From: Verrucomicrobiota bacterium
Lineage (GTDB): Bacteria > Verrucomicrobiota > Verrucomicrobiia > Limisphaerales > CANJXF01
NCBI GenBank assembly: GCA_038214755.1
Contig: JBBQRQ010000023.1
Span: 1-57,008, forward strand
DNA length: 57,008 nucleotides
Direction: 5' to 3'
Part shown: positions 18,972-28,333 of the stretch, piece by piece
Numbering within the stretch: position 1 is the first letter of the stretch
Layout: each line of letters opens with the position of its first letter
Notes under the pieces: model-generated
What the model saw: only the letters and a program-made list of their open reading frames with translations
Databases searched by the model: none
What the model was told of the DNA's origin: nothing
Position numbers and translations under genes: made by a program

Positions 18972-21122
18972 TTAAGGCTCCGGGGGTGGCGGCCAATCGC
19001 CGCGCTGGTTGAATTCGTTCAACCGAAGTTCCCTATAACCATAAACCCTTATGGTATTCTCGAAGGTGGCCTGCGAAATCCAGCCGGAATTTTGGTATGC
19101 TCGTGTTAAAGCACCGACGATAGAGAGTGAGTTTGCCTGCTGACGCCACCAAAACATCCATTCGCTTCTGAAGAATGCATATTTTCGATAGTCTCCCCAC
19201 TGGTTTCCTTCATTGTCCGTATAAATCGTATTTAAGGGATAAGAGTAATACGTATCTACATTCCATCCGACGAAAGCCGATGGCCGAGTGTAGGCGAATC
19301 GATCTTGATTTGTGTAATAAGCCAGATCGTTGGTCTGCGCCCCGATGCCGAAAGCGGCCGGCCAATCGCCGGCAACGGTTGAACAACCGTCCAAGAAGAC
19401 AAACCGATATGGATGAGGCTCATCACCAAAAAGCGTCGAAAATTGATAGCACCATCCGCTGAAGAGAAACGCTTCCGTGCGAACCGTATTAGTTCCGTCC
19501 TGATAAACGTTCAAGTCGTATTCCGCGCCATCAGGATGAATCCCATACGGCGGTTCATTCGTCATCTTGTCCCAATCGCCCCCGATCACAAAAGCAGAGC
19601 CATGTCCCCAGTAATAAAAATTCCGAAAGAGCGGCTGCAGCAAATGGCCTTTCAAATTATCCCACGATGCGTTGCGATCCTTCATCGCTTGCAATGGGTC
19701 AGGCGACATGTCCACATCGTTGGTTCTTCCGTATTTGAGCAAAATGGACGCTGACGCCAAACCGGCCAGGCTGGGACCGCCGCGCACCGCCTGCCATGCC
19801 TCAATCGTTTTCACACGCGCAGCCGGGACAAACTTGTCCTTGTCTTGATATGCCACGTTCCACCCGCCGTTGTATGGATAATCCAAAGCGGAAAGCGGCG
19901 CGGGTCGTTGCACCGTTCCACCCGCCGAAATGAGCGTCACATAAGGATCAAAATAAGGATCGGCTTCCACGTTGTCCCGCAAGTTGCCGAAGTCATCATA
20001 CAAATCCCAGGTCCAGGAAATATTCCCGTTGGTTGTCGTTCCTGTTTGACCGCTCACCCATTGCCCGTTGGCGTCGAACACGTCGATCTCCCAAGTGGCC
20101 GGGAAAATCGTGGTTTGCGCTTTAAAAGTGTGATTGGTTCCGACCAATAAATTATTCCATGTCTTGAAAACAATTGGATTGCTTACCACAATTGAAACCG
20201 CCGGATTGGTCAGCGTCAGGAACGGCGTGGTGTCGGTCAACGCGCCATCCAACTGAAGCGTTGTTCGCAATTGCAGTTGATAAGTTCCATTCGTGAGCCG
20301 GTCGCTGTAAAACCAAATTCCGTAAGTCCATTGCACGTTAGGATTGCCGGGTGTGCCGAAATCATATTGCGCTTGGGTGTAGCGGGCGTAGGGAAACACT
20401 TGGCCGTTGACCAGGATTTGTGCGTTCGGCACCGCTTGCGCATCGACTCCTAAATAAATGGGCAGGAATTCAACGCCATAACTGAAGTGATATTGCGCAT
20501 AATCATAAAAGAAATCAGGCACGAGAAACACGCGAAAAAATGCCATGTTCGGACAATCACATCCGCCGCTCGTTAAATCCATCGGAACAGGTGTTTCGCC
20601 ATCGAAGGATTTCTCGTCGAAGGAAAATTTGCTCTCGCTTTGCTTCTCCGGTTTCTCGACTTCAAAAATGAAGAAATTATTTGTGTCGAAACCCGGCGGA
20701 TAAAGCTTCAGCGGAACCGAAACTCCAGAACTTTGCATCGCCCACAATTCCGTTGCATCATCGGAATCGTCGAATCCACTCGTCGTCATCGACGCGCCGG
20801 GAGCAGGCGGGCCATCCCCGCCCGAAGACGATCCGCCACCGTTGGTTCCTCCCGGGGAGGCGGGAAGAAGGCAACACGGGATAACGAACGTTGTGCGATT
20901 GGTGCTGTTGGCTGGATAGGCATTGGTCAGCGTTCCCCACGGCGTCGATGGATCAAGCGAAGATCTGTTTTGAATCAAAAAATATTCGCTTCCGGTGCTG
21001 GGAAACGAAAGAACGAGATTGGTTCCTTGAATTTCCAGTGACTGGCCGACGACGGCGGATGACTCAAAGACAGAACCCAAGATAAATGCTGCCGCGATAA
21101 TTCCCGATTGGATGGTTTTCAT
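18972..21122 (-). CDS. Secreted protein with C-terminal putative clan CD (caspase/gingipain-like) cysteine peptidase domain
   Basis: Signal peptide from ATG 21122, FYYWGHGS and FVFLDGCS motifs. Confidence 0.65.
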   Translation of the reverse strand: MKTIQSGIIAAAFILGSVFESSAVVGQSLEIQGTNLVLSFPSTGSEYFLIQNRSSLDPSTPWGTLTNAYPANSTNRTTFVIPCCLLPASPGGTNGGGSSSGGDGPPAPGASMTTSGFDDSDDATELWAMQSSGVSVPLKLYPPGFDTNNFFIFEVEKPEKQSESKFSFDEKSFDGETPVPMDLTSGGCDCPNMAFFRVFLVPDFFYDYAQYHFSYGVEFLPIYLGVDAQAVPNAQILVNGQVFPYARYTQAQYDFGTPGNPNVQWTYGIWFYSDRLTNGTYQLQLRTTLQLDGALTDTTPFLTLTNPAVSIVVSNPIVFKTWNNLLVGTNHTFKAQTTIFPATWEIDVFDANGQWVSGQTGTTTNGNISWTWDLYDDFGNLRDNVEADPYFDPYVTLISAGGTVQRPAPLSALDYPYNGGWNVAYQDKDKFVPAARVKTIEAWQAVRGGPSLAGLASASILLKYGRTNDVDMSPDPLQAMKDRNASWDNLKGHLLQPLFRNFYYWGHGSAFVIGGDWDKMTNEPPYGIHPDGAEYDLNVYQDGTNTVRTEAFLFSGWCYQFSTLFGDEPHPYRFVFLDGCSTVAGDWPAAFGIGAQTNDLAYYTNQDRFAYTRPSAFVGWNVDTYYSYPLNTIYTDNEGNQWGDYRKYAFFRSEWMFWWRQQANSLSIVGALTRAYQNSGWISQATFENTIRVYGYRELRLNEFNQRGDWPPPPEP

Positions 21123-21226
21123 AGTTGTTTTTGGTGGGTTCGTTGATTGTGCTAAAAAAGGATACGGATTGTCATGTAAGTATTCTGGCATCCTTTGTCA
21201 AACTTCTTTTCTCGTATTGCTGGCGA

Positions 21227-21487
21227 GTGCCTTCGATCAAGTCGCTTGAAGCTGTCAGTTCCCAAGTCGCGATTCTCTTAAAGGAGGAACGCGAGAAGCG
21301 TGCTCTGTCACTCAATGTTCTGGCTCAAAAAGCGGGCCTGTCACGGCAGACAATCAGTTACGTAGAACAGGAAGTGCAGAATCCGACGCTTGATACTTTG
21401 CTGCGTCTCAGTTCCGCTATGGAAATTGAACTCGCGGATTTAATTAAACGAGCAACCAAAGCCGTCTCGGCGAAAACGAGGGATTGA
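21227..21487 (+). CDS. XRE-family HTH regulator
   Basis: REKRALSLNVLAQKAGLSRQTISYVE...NPTLDTL. GTG start at 21227. Confidence 0.88.
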   Translation: MPSIKSLEAVSSQVAILLKEEREKRALSLNVLAQKAGLSRQTISYVEQEVQNPTLDTLLRLSSAMEIELADLIKRATKAVSAKTRD

Positions 21488-21493
21488 AAATCT

Positions 21494-23659
21494 TCAGTAA
21501 GGCAGCGGAAATCTTGCGGTCAGTTCGCGCACCCGCTGCCGAACGATGTGCGCAGCATCCACATTCTTGATGTCCAGCAGCACCTCGGAAATCATGTCGG
21601 CAATCGCAGCCATCTCCGGTTCTTTCATGCCGCGCGTTGTGACTGCGGGAGTGCCGAGACGAATCCCGCTGCCTTGAAATGGCGAACGCGTTTCAAATGG
21701 GATCGTGTTTTTGTTCACGGTAATTCCCGCTTCATCGAGCGCGATTTGACAATCTTTCCCCGTCAAATTTCTTGAACCGACATCGACCAGCATCAAGTGA
21801 TTGTCCGTCCCGCCGCTGACCAAACGAAAATTATTCTGCTGCATTCCATCGGCGAGCGCCCGCGCATTTATCACAATTTGTTGCTGATAAGTTTTGAAAC
21901 CCGGCTGCAACGCTTCGAGAAAACAAACCGCTTTCGCGGCGATGACGTGCATGAGCGGGCCGCCTTGAATTCCGGGAAACACCTGCGAATCGATTTCCTT
22001 CGCAAACTTTTCGCCGCACAAAATCAAACCGCCGCGTGGGCCACGCAAAGTTTTGTGCGTGGTCGTCGTCACGAAATCAGCGTGGCCAATTGGACTCGGA
22101 TGAATTCCCGCCGCCACCAACCCAGCGATGTGGGCGATGTCCGCCAGCAACATCGCGCCGACTTCGCGCGCGATTTCTCCCATCCGTTTAAAATCGATGA
22201 CGCGCGAATACGCGCTCGCGCCGACCGTGATCATTTTCGGTTTATGTTCCCGCGCGATTTTCGCAAGTTGGTCGTAATCGATCCGCTCGTCCTCTTTTCT
22301 GACGCCGTAGTGAACGATCTCAAAAAATTTTCCGGAAAAGTTTGCTTTGTTGCCGTGCGTCAAATGTCCGCCGTGACTCAAATCCATCGTCAGCATTTTG
22401 TCGCCGGGTTTGAGCATGGAAAAATAAACCGCCATGTTCGCCTGGCTGCCAGAGTGCGGCTGGACGTTGGCGTGTTCCGCGCCAAAAAGTTTTTTCGCTC
22501 GATCGATGGCGAGTTGTTCGACGACATCGACATTTTCACAGCCGCCGTACCAACGCTTCTTCGGATACCCCTCGGCATATTTGTTCGTGAGCACTGAGCC
22601 TTGCGCTTCCATCACGGCGGGGCTGGTGAAATTCTCGCTCGCGATCAACTCGATGTTTTCCTGCTGGCGAAGGCCTTCGAGAAAAATCGCGTCGGCAATT
22701 TCCGGATCGACCATTCTCAATTTCAATTCGTTGGGAGTTTTAGAAGTTTCCATTTTATTTACGCGTCGTTCGTGTCGTCCGCCTTCAAATTTCGCGGCTA
22801 AAAATGCGTCCACCATTTTGATGGCTTGTTCAGGCGGAGTAATTTTTCCGCCGATGCAAAGCACGTTGGCGTTGTTATGTTGTCGCGCCATCGTGGCCAT
22901 GTCCTCGCTGAAAACCAACGCGGCGCGGATGCCGGGAATTTTGTTGGCGGCAATGCTCATCCCAACGCCAGTCGTGCAAATCAGCACGCCGAGATCACTT
23001 TTTCCGGCGGCGACATTTTTTGCGACGGACTGCGCATAGTCCGGGTAGTCCGATTGCTCGGCAGAATGAACGCCCAAATCGGCCACGTCGATTCCGCACT
23101 CGCGCAAATGATTTTTTAAAATCTCCTTCAACTCAAACCCACCGTGATCCGAGCCGATGGCAATGGCCGTTCTCTCCGCGCTCCGCATTTCCAAGCCCGG
23201 GGAAGTTTGTTGGATAAATTTAAAGAGCGACGCGATGCCCTGCTCAATTTGATCGCGACAATCCAGATAAGTTTCAAAAGAGCAGCCGATGGGATCGCTG
23301 ATGTCCTTTTCAAAAATGTCGAGCGTCTCGTCAAACTCCCGCAGCAAAAAAGTTTTCTCCGCCGCGAAGGGATAAAGTAGATTGATGGTATCGACATGGT
23401 GATGCGTCAGGCCAAAAATGTAATCGGCTTCCTGCACCAATTGGGCCGTGAGCATGTGGCTGCGCTGCCGCGAAATATCGATGCCGATTTCTTTCAACGC
23501 GCGAACCGCATGCGGACTGGGCGGCTGGCCATCGATGGCGCCGACACCGGCGGAAAGCACTTTGAGATCGTGTCGCCCCCGCATTGCGTGGCGAAAAAGT
23601 CCTTCGGCCATGGGACTGCGGCAGATATTTCCGGTGCAAACGAAAAGGATGGTCTTCAT
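21494..23659 (-). CDS. glyA: Fusion of LMW protein phosphatase, ribose-5-phosphate isomerase B and serine hydroxymethyltransferase
   Basis: CTGNICRS P-loop and DPIG; GSDHGG, DYPD, HNNAN, FEGGRH (RpiB); [25 protein letters not shown] (SHMT), all in one open frame. Confidence 0.95.
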   Translation of the reverse strand: MKTILFVCTGNICRSPMAEGLFRHAMRGRHDLKVLSAGVGAIDGQPPSPHAVRALKEIGIDISRQRSHMLTAQLVQEADYIFGLTHHHVDTINLLYPFAAEKTFLLREFDETLDIFEKDISDPIGCSFETYLDCRDQIEQGIASLFKFIQQTSPGLEMRSAERTAIAIGSDHGGFELKEILKNHLRECGIDVADLGVHSAEQSDYPDYAQSVAKNVAAGKSDLGVLICTTGVGMSIAANKIPGIRAALVFSEDMATMARQHNNANVLCIGGKITPPEQAIKMVDAFLAAKFEGGRHERRVNKMETSKTPNELKLRMVDPEIADAIFLEGLRQQENIELIASENFTSPAVMEAQGSVLTNKYAEGYPKKRWYGGCENVDVVEQLAIDRAKKLFGAEHANVQPHSGSQANMAVYFSMLKPGDKMLTMDLSHGGHLTHGNKANFSGKFFEIVHYGVRKEDERIDYDQLAKIAREHKPKMITVGASAYSRVIDFKRMGEIAREVGAMLLADIAHIAGLVAAGIHPSPIGHADFVTTTTHKTLRGPRGGLILCGEKFAKEIDSQVFPGIQGGPLMHVIAAKAVCFLEALQPGFKTYQQQIVINARALADGMQQNNFRLVSGGTDNHLMLVDVGSRNLTGKDCQIALDEAGITVNKNTIPFETRSPFQGSGIRLGTPAVTTRGMKEPEMAAIADMISEVLLDIKNVDAAHIVRQRVRELTARFPLPY

Positions 23660-23711
23660 TCCCGCGTAAAAAATCAAAGTGAGGCGCGTCGCCAGAATCG
23701 TCAACGGAAAA

Positions 23712-24800
23712 TCAGGGTCGGCGGGTCTGCTCGATGACGGCCAGACCTTTTAACAAATCCAGCGCGCGAATTAAAACGGGGTCGCTCAAGGCGGGCGGGG
23801 TGTCGTCTAAATTTTTGGGGCGAATCGGCGTCGAAGTTTTTCCGGGCGTTTCAAAAATGTCTTGCTCGGCGTTTATTCCTTCACGTTGCAAGCGGACCAA
23901 TTCCGCCTCGTTCAGGCGACGACGCGGGCGATCACTCTGAGAAATTTCCGTGGCGTTGTTCGTCTTGCTCATCGCGCTGACCACGTTTAGCCTGGGCGAA
24001 ATTCGATAGGCGTTCTCGTAATAGGCTTTTTCATCTTCTGCGCTCACCGCAATTTCAATGTCCGGCTGCAACCCTTCTCTCGGTATTTCTTTTCCGTTTC
24101 CTAATTTGACCGGCGCGGATGCGATTTTTAATTGCTGGCCGTTGGAAAGTGAGAACTCCTTGAACACGCTGGCCTGGCCGGCGGTGTTTGTCCCCAGGAT
24201 TACTCCGACTTGCGCCGTGCGCAGAATTTCCGCGAGCGCCTCGGCCGCTCCGGCCGTTTGGTGATTGACCAGGATGGCCACCGGCGCGGTGATTGCATTG
24301 GTCTTCGATTTCGCGCGAGCCGAGGAATCGCCCCCACGCAAAAGTTGAGAATCGTTTTTGATAAAAAGATCAGCGGTTTTCGCCGCCGCCGCGTAATCCA
24401 TTCCCGTGGCGAAACGCAAATCGAGCACCAGCCCTTTTATTTTGTTGGTCGAAACCAGTTTTTGATAAGCCGCTTTAAAATTTTCAGTCAAGTCGCTCTC
24501 GATTTTTCCAACGCGAAAATAAGCGAACACATTTTCCAGAAGGGAAACTTTGCTCAAAGAATTGGGATCCAAGGAGGCGCCCGCAGAAGAGCCGCCGAGC
24601 ACGACCTGTGATGGCAATTGATCAAGCAACCCTTTCACCGCAGCGCGATCGAGTTCTGTCTCCGTCAATCCACTTTTGTCGCGAAGCAACTGATAGACCT
24701 CATCGAATTTCGGCAACTGCGCATCGGCCAATAAGCCCATGGGAAGCGCAAAGAAAATAATCAGCCCGGCCAATAAAAAATTAAATCCTGGTCGTTTCAT
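23712..24800 (-). CDS. S41 (tail-specific protease) family-like protein, probably non-catalytic
   Basis: [43 protein letters not shown]. Start at ATG 24800. Confidence 0.8.
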   Translation of the reverse strand: MKRPGFNFLLAGLIIFFALPMGLLADAQLPKFDEVYQLLRDKSGLTETELDRAAVKGLLDQLPSQVVLGGSSAGASLDPNSLSKVSLLENVFAYFRVGKIESDLTENFKAAYQKLVSTNKIKGLVLDLRFATGMDYAAAAKTADLFIKNDSQLLRGGDSSARAKSKTNAITAPVAILVNHQTAGAAEALAEILRTAQVGVILGTNTAGQASVFKEFSLSNGQQLKIASAPVKLGNGKEIPREGLQPDIEIAVSAEDEKAYYENAYRISPRLNVVSAMSKTNNATEISQSDRPRRRLNEAELVRLQREGINAEQDIFETPGKTSTPIRPKNLDDTPPALSDPVLIRALDLLKGLAVIEQTRRP

Positions 24801-24856
24801 GTCGAAAATAAATTGCGCGACACGAACTCGAAAGTAAAGCGACGAGGAATTGCGGA

Positions 24857-24996
24857 AACCACAGATGGACGCAGATGAACGCAGATAAACGAACGGTCCC
24901 CGACGGAGTCGTCTGGCTTTCTGCACGATTGGGTGACTGCCTTTCACGGCCTTGTTCCGGCCCCCATCTGCGTTCATCGGCGTCCATCTGTGGTTT
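24857..24996. repeat. Inverted pair of 10-mer tandem arrays
   Basis: aaccacagatggacgcagatgaacgcagat ... atctgcgttcatcggcgtccatctgtggtt. Confidence 0.8.
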
Positions 24997-25089
24997 GTTT
25001 GGAATCCCTCTGACCAATCACCCACTGCCAAGACGTCGCACAGAAATTCCTTGTCGGATTCAGCCAGTCAGCGGCGATACACTTCTGAA

Positions 25090-26727
25090 ATGGACGATAC
25101 CGATCTGCAATTATTGCACCGCTACACGCAAAATAATTCGCAAGACTCGTTCGCCGCGCTGGTCAATCGCCATTTGAATTTGGTTTTCTCAGCGGCGATG
25201 CGCCAAGTCCGCTCGCCGCAATTGGCCGAGGAAGTTGCCCAATCCGTTTTTGCCGATCTCGCGCAGAGCGCAACCAAACTTAGGCCGGACACCATTCTCA
25301 CCGCGTGGCTTTATGAAGTGACACGCCGCACCGCGATTGATGTCGTGCGTCGCGAATCCCGCCGACAACTCCGCGAAAAAGTCGCCCATGAACTTACGAC
25401 TATGAATGCCACCGCCGACGATTGGACAGAGATCGAACCGTTCCTCGACGAAGCCATGCACGCGCTCGACGCCACCGACCGCGCCGCCGTCCTGCTCCGT
25501 TATTTTGAGAATAAAACGTTGCGCGAAGTCGGCGAAACTCTCGGCACGAGCGATGACGCCGCCCAAAAACGTGTGAGCCGCGCGGTGGAACGATTGCGGG
25601 AATTTTTCGCGAAACGCAGCGTCACCACCGGCGCGAGCGGACTGGTCGTCGTCATTTCCGCCAACGCCGTTCAAGCTGCGCCAATTGGATTGAGTGCAAC
25701 GATTTCAGCGGCGGTCGCGATTGGAGTAGGAATTAAAACCACAGGAACAATTGCCGCAGCGAAAACTTTAATTATGACAACCACTCAAAAGATTCTCATC
25801 ACAACGGCCATCATGATCGTCGGAGGCGCAGGATTTTACGAGGCACGCCAAGCTTCAACTTTGCGAGGCGAACTTGAATTGCTCAAAGCCAGAGGGACGC
25901 TCGCACCCAAACAATTGCAGCAGGTAGGTGACGCCGCCATAACGGAACTGGCCGCACTCAAAGAGGAGAATGAGCAATTGCGTCGCAACACCAAAGAACT
26001 TCCTAAATTACGTGGTGAAGTTGCACGGATGCGTCAGGACTTAAAAGACCTGGCTGAATCCAGCGCTGGTGGAAAAGACGCATTTGTTCAACAAGCAATC
26101 AAATGAAAGGCGGACGGAGTTAAGCTCCGCCAGTTGTTCGACGATCGCCCAAACCAAAGAGTACCTGAGATGCAATTATTAAGTGACCGGCAGTGGATTG
26201 ATATTGCCAGAGACAAGGATCTGGATTCGGAAATTGGAATTCGTAAGGCATTGAGTGAAGTGCGAAAAGTCGCTAAAAATAATTTTGCACCGGTCTTGAG
26301 CGAAGGGTTGCGTCAATTCGTTGAAGCCAACAACGGGCAGTTGCCAAATGACTTGGCTCAATTGAAGCCTTATTTCAAGAACCCCGTGGATGAGGCAATG
26401 CTTGAGCAATACAAGATTTTACACACAGGAAAAACAAGCGACTTGCTCCCAGGCGAGTGGGTGATTGGTGACAAAGCAGTGATTGACAACGAATACGACC
26501 AACCTTGGCGGATTGGCCCCGGCAGCTACGGTATGGTGTCGGTAACGCATGACGAATTAGCTGGACTAGCGCAGGAACTCGCCCCCGCTTTCAAGGCTTT
26601 TTCCGCCGCGAATGGCGGAGGGGCACCGGACGACATTAGTGCTTTGCAACCTTATATCACTACAGCCGCGCAAGAAGCCGCCTTCAAAAAATTATTAAAA
26701 ATGAACCCGAGTTTGAATAGAAAGTGA
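25090..26727 (+). pseudogene. ECF sigma-70 factor with long C-terminal extension, interrupted by one in-frame TGA
   Basis: Region 2 (AEEVAQSVF...AWL) and region 4 (LRYFENKTLREVG...QKRVSRA). The frame continues past TGA 26104-26106 into ORF 26134-26727. Confidence 0.75.
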
Positions 26728-26741
26728 TTTGTGCCTCCCAA

Positions 26742-26793
26742 TCATCGCACCGCCTTCTTCGATGATGGCGCGACGGAACTGCGCGCCGTCGAA
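26742..26793 (-). pseudogene. Orphan degenerate copy of the purD 3' end
   Basis: FDGAQFRRAI, a frameshift, then SKKAVR* versus PurD FDGAQFRRDIAAKARR*. Core is 22/24 nt with both changes synonymous. Confidence 0.8.
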
Positions 26794-26813
26794 TCCATTC
26801 CATCCCCCCGCAA

Positions 26814-26914
26814 AAAGCGCCAGAGGACTGGCGCACTCCAAGACGCTTCGCGAAGATCGGGAGTCCCCGGAAAACGCGCCAGCGTCTTGGACTGCGGCGG
26901 CCCTCCGCCGCTTT
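26814..26914. repeat. REP-like doublet
   Basis: aaagcgccagaggactggcgcactccaagacgct / agcgtcttggactgcggcggccctccgccgcttt. Confidence 0.75.
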
Positions 26915-26934
26915 CGGCCAGCGATAACGCCAAC

Positions 26935-28224
26935 CTAACGCCGTGCCTTCGCCGCGATGTCGCGACGAAACTGCGCGCCATCGAAATGGATTTTTTCCAC
27001 CGCTGCGTAAGCTGCCGATTGCGCGGTCATTAAATTTTCCGCCCATGCCGTCACGCCCAAAACGCGCCCGCCGTTCGTGACGATTTGATCGCCTGACTTC
27101 GCCGTTCCCGCATGAAAAACTTTCGTGTTCGACAACTGCGCCACTTCATCCAAACCGGAAATTATTTTTCCCTTCGCATAATTTCCTGGATAACCGTCGC
27201 TCGCCATCACGACGCAAACCGCCGCGCCCGGTTTCCATTTCAAATTTATTTTCGCCAATTTTCCATCGACGCTCGCGTCCAGCAGTTCGACCAGATCATT
27301 TTCCAATCGCGTTAGATAAACCTGCGCTTCCGGATCGCCGAAGCGCGCGTTGAATTCCAAAACTTTCGGTCCGTCGCGCGTCAGCATCACGCCCGGATAT
27401 ATTATCCCGCGAAAATCAATTCCTTCTTCCGCGCAACCGTTGAGCCACGGATCCAAAATTTTTCGGCCTACTTCCGCGAGTTCCGTTTCGTTCAAAAACG
27501 GAGTCGGCGAATAGGTTCCCATTCCGCCGGTATTCGGACCTTTGTCGCCATCGAAAATGCGTTTGTGATCTTGCGAGGTGGAAAAAAGTTTCGCGGTTTT
27601 TCCGTCGCAAATAGCGTGGAGTGAAATTTCCGTTCCTTCCAAGAATTCCTGAATGACAATCGTTGCGCCCGCTTTACCAAAAGTTTTGCTGACAAGAATA
27701 TCGTCAATGGCGCGATTCGCTTCGGCGATGTCGCTGCAAACAATTACTCCTTTTCCAAGCGCGAGGCCGTCGGCTTTGACGGCACAACGTCCGCCTAATG
27801 AAGCCGCGAAATCTTTCCCGTGTTTCGCATTTACAAAAGTTCCAGAGCGCGCGGTTGGAATTCCATATCTCTCCATAAACTTCTGCGCGAAAACTTTCGA
27901 CGACTCAAACTGCGCTGCTTTTTTATTTGGTCCCCAGATGCGAAGATTATTTTTCTGAAATAAATCAACGATGCCGAGCGAGAGAGAATTGTCCGGCCCC
28001 ACGACCGTCAAATCGATTTTGTTCAACTGAGCGCAGGCCAGCAACGTTTCCAGATCGTCGGCGGCGATGTTGACGCACAAAACCGGTTTTCCATTTTGCA
28101 ATCGCTCCAGTTCAATGCCCGCATTTCCCGGAGCGCACCAGATTTCCGTGGCGTGTTGCGACTGCGCCAGTTTCCAAACCAGCGCGTGCTCGCGTCCGCC
28201 TGAACCAATCACAAAAATTTTCAT
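26935..28224 (-). CDS. purD: Phosphoribosylamine-glycine ligase
   Basis: GSGGREHAL, KADGLALGKGV, QDHKR, GPNTGGMG, EFNARFGDPE. Confidence 0.98.
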   Translation of the reverse strand: MKIFVIGSGGREHALVWKLAQSQHATEIWCAPGNAGIELERLQNGKPVLCVNIAADDLETLLACAQLNKIDLTVVGPDNSLSLGIVDLFQKNNLRIWGPNKKAAQFESSKVFAQKFMERYGIPTARSGTFVNAKHGKDFAASLGGRCAVKADGLALGKGVIVCSDIAEANRAIDDILVSKTFGKAGATIVIQEFLEGTEISLHAICDGKTAKLFSTSQDHKRIFDGDKGPNTGGMGTYSPTPFLNETELAEVGRKILDPWLNGCAEEGIDFRGIIYPGVMLTRDGPKVLEFNARFGDPEAQVYLTRLENDLVELLDASVDGKLAKINLKWKPGAAVCVVMASDGYPGNYAKGKIISGLDEVAQLSNTKVFHAGTAKSGDQIVTNGGRVLGVTAWAENLMTAQSAAYAAVEKIHFDGAQFRRDIAAKARR

Positions 28225-28333
28225 TGCGGGAACAATGAAGCAGGACAGTGAAAGGTGAGAAATAATTATTTGATCGTCCCCGCCAAGCCCTGCGTGATTG
28301 ACGAAGCGGAATTTCTAAAAGCACACTCACGCG

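Noticed and set aside
5404..26106. TGA recoding (genetic code 4/25 or selenocysteine), suggested by in-frame TGAs in hicA and the ECF sigma
   Set aside because: TGA terminates intact genes here (glyA, mreC, mreD, SMUG1), long core genes have no internal TGA, and hicA is also frameshifted.
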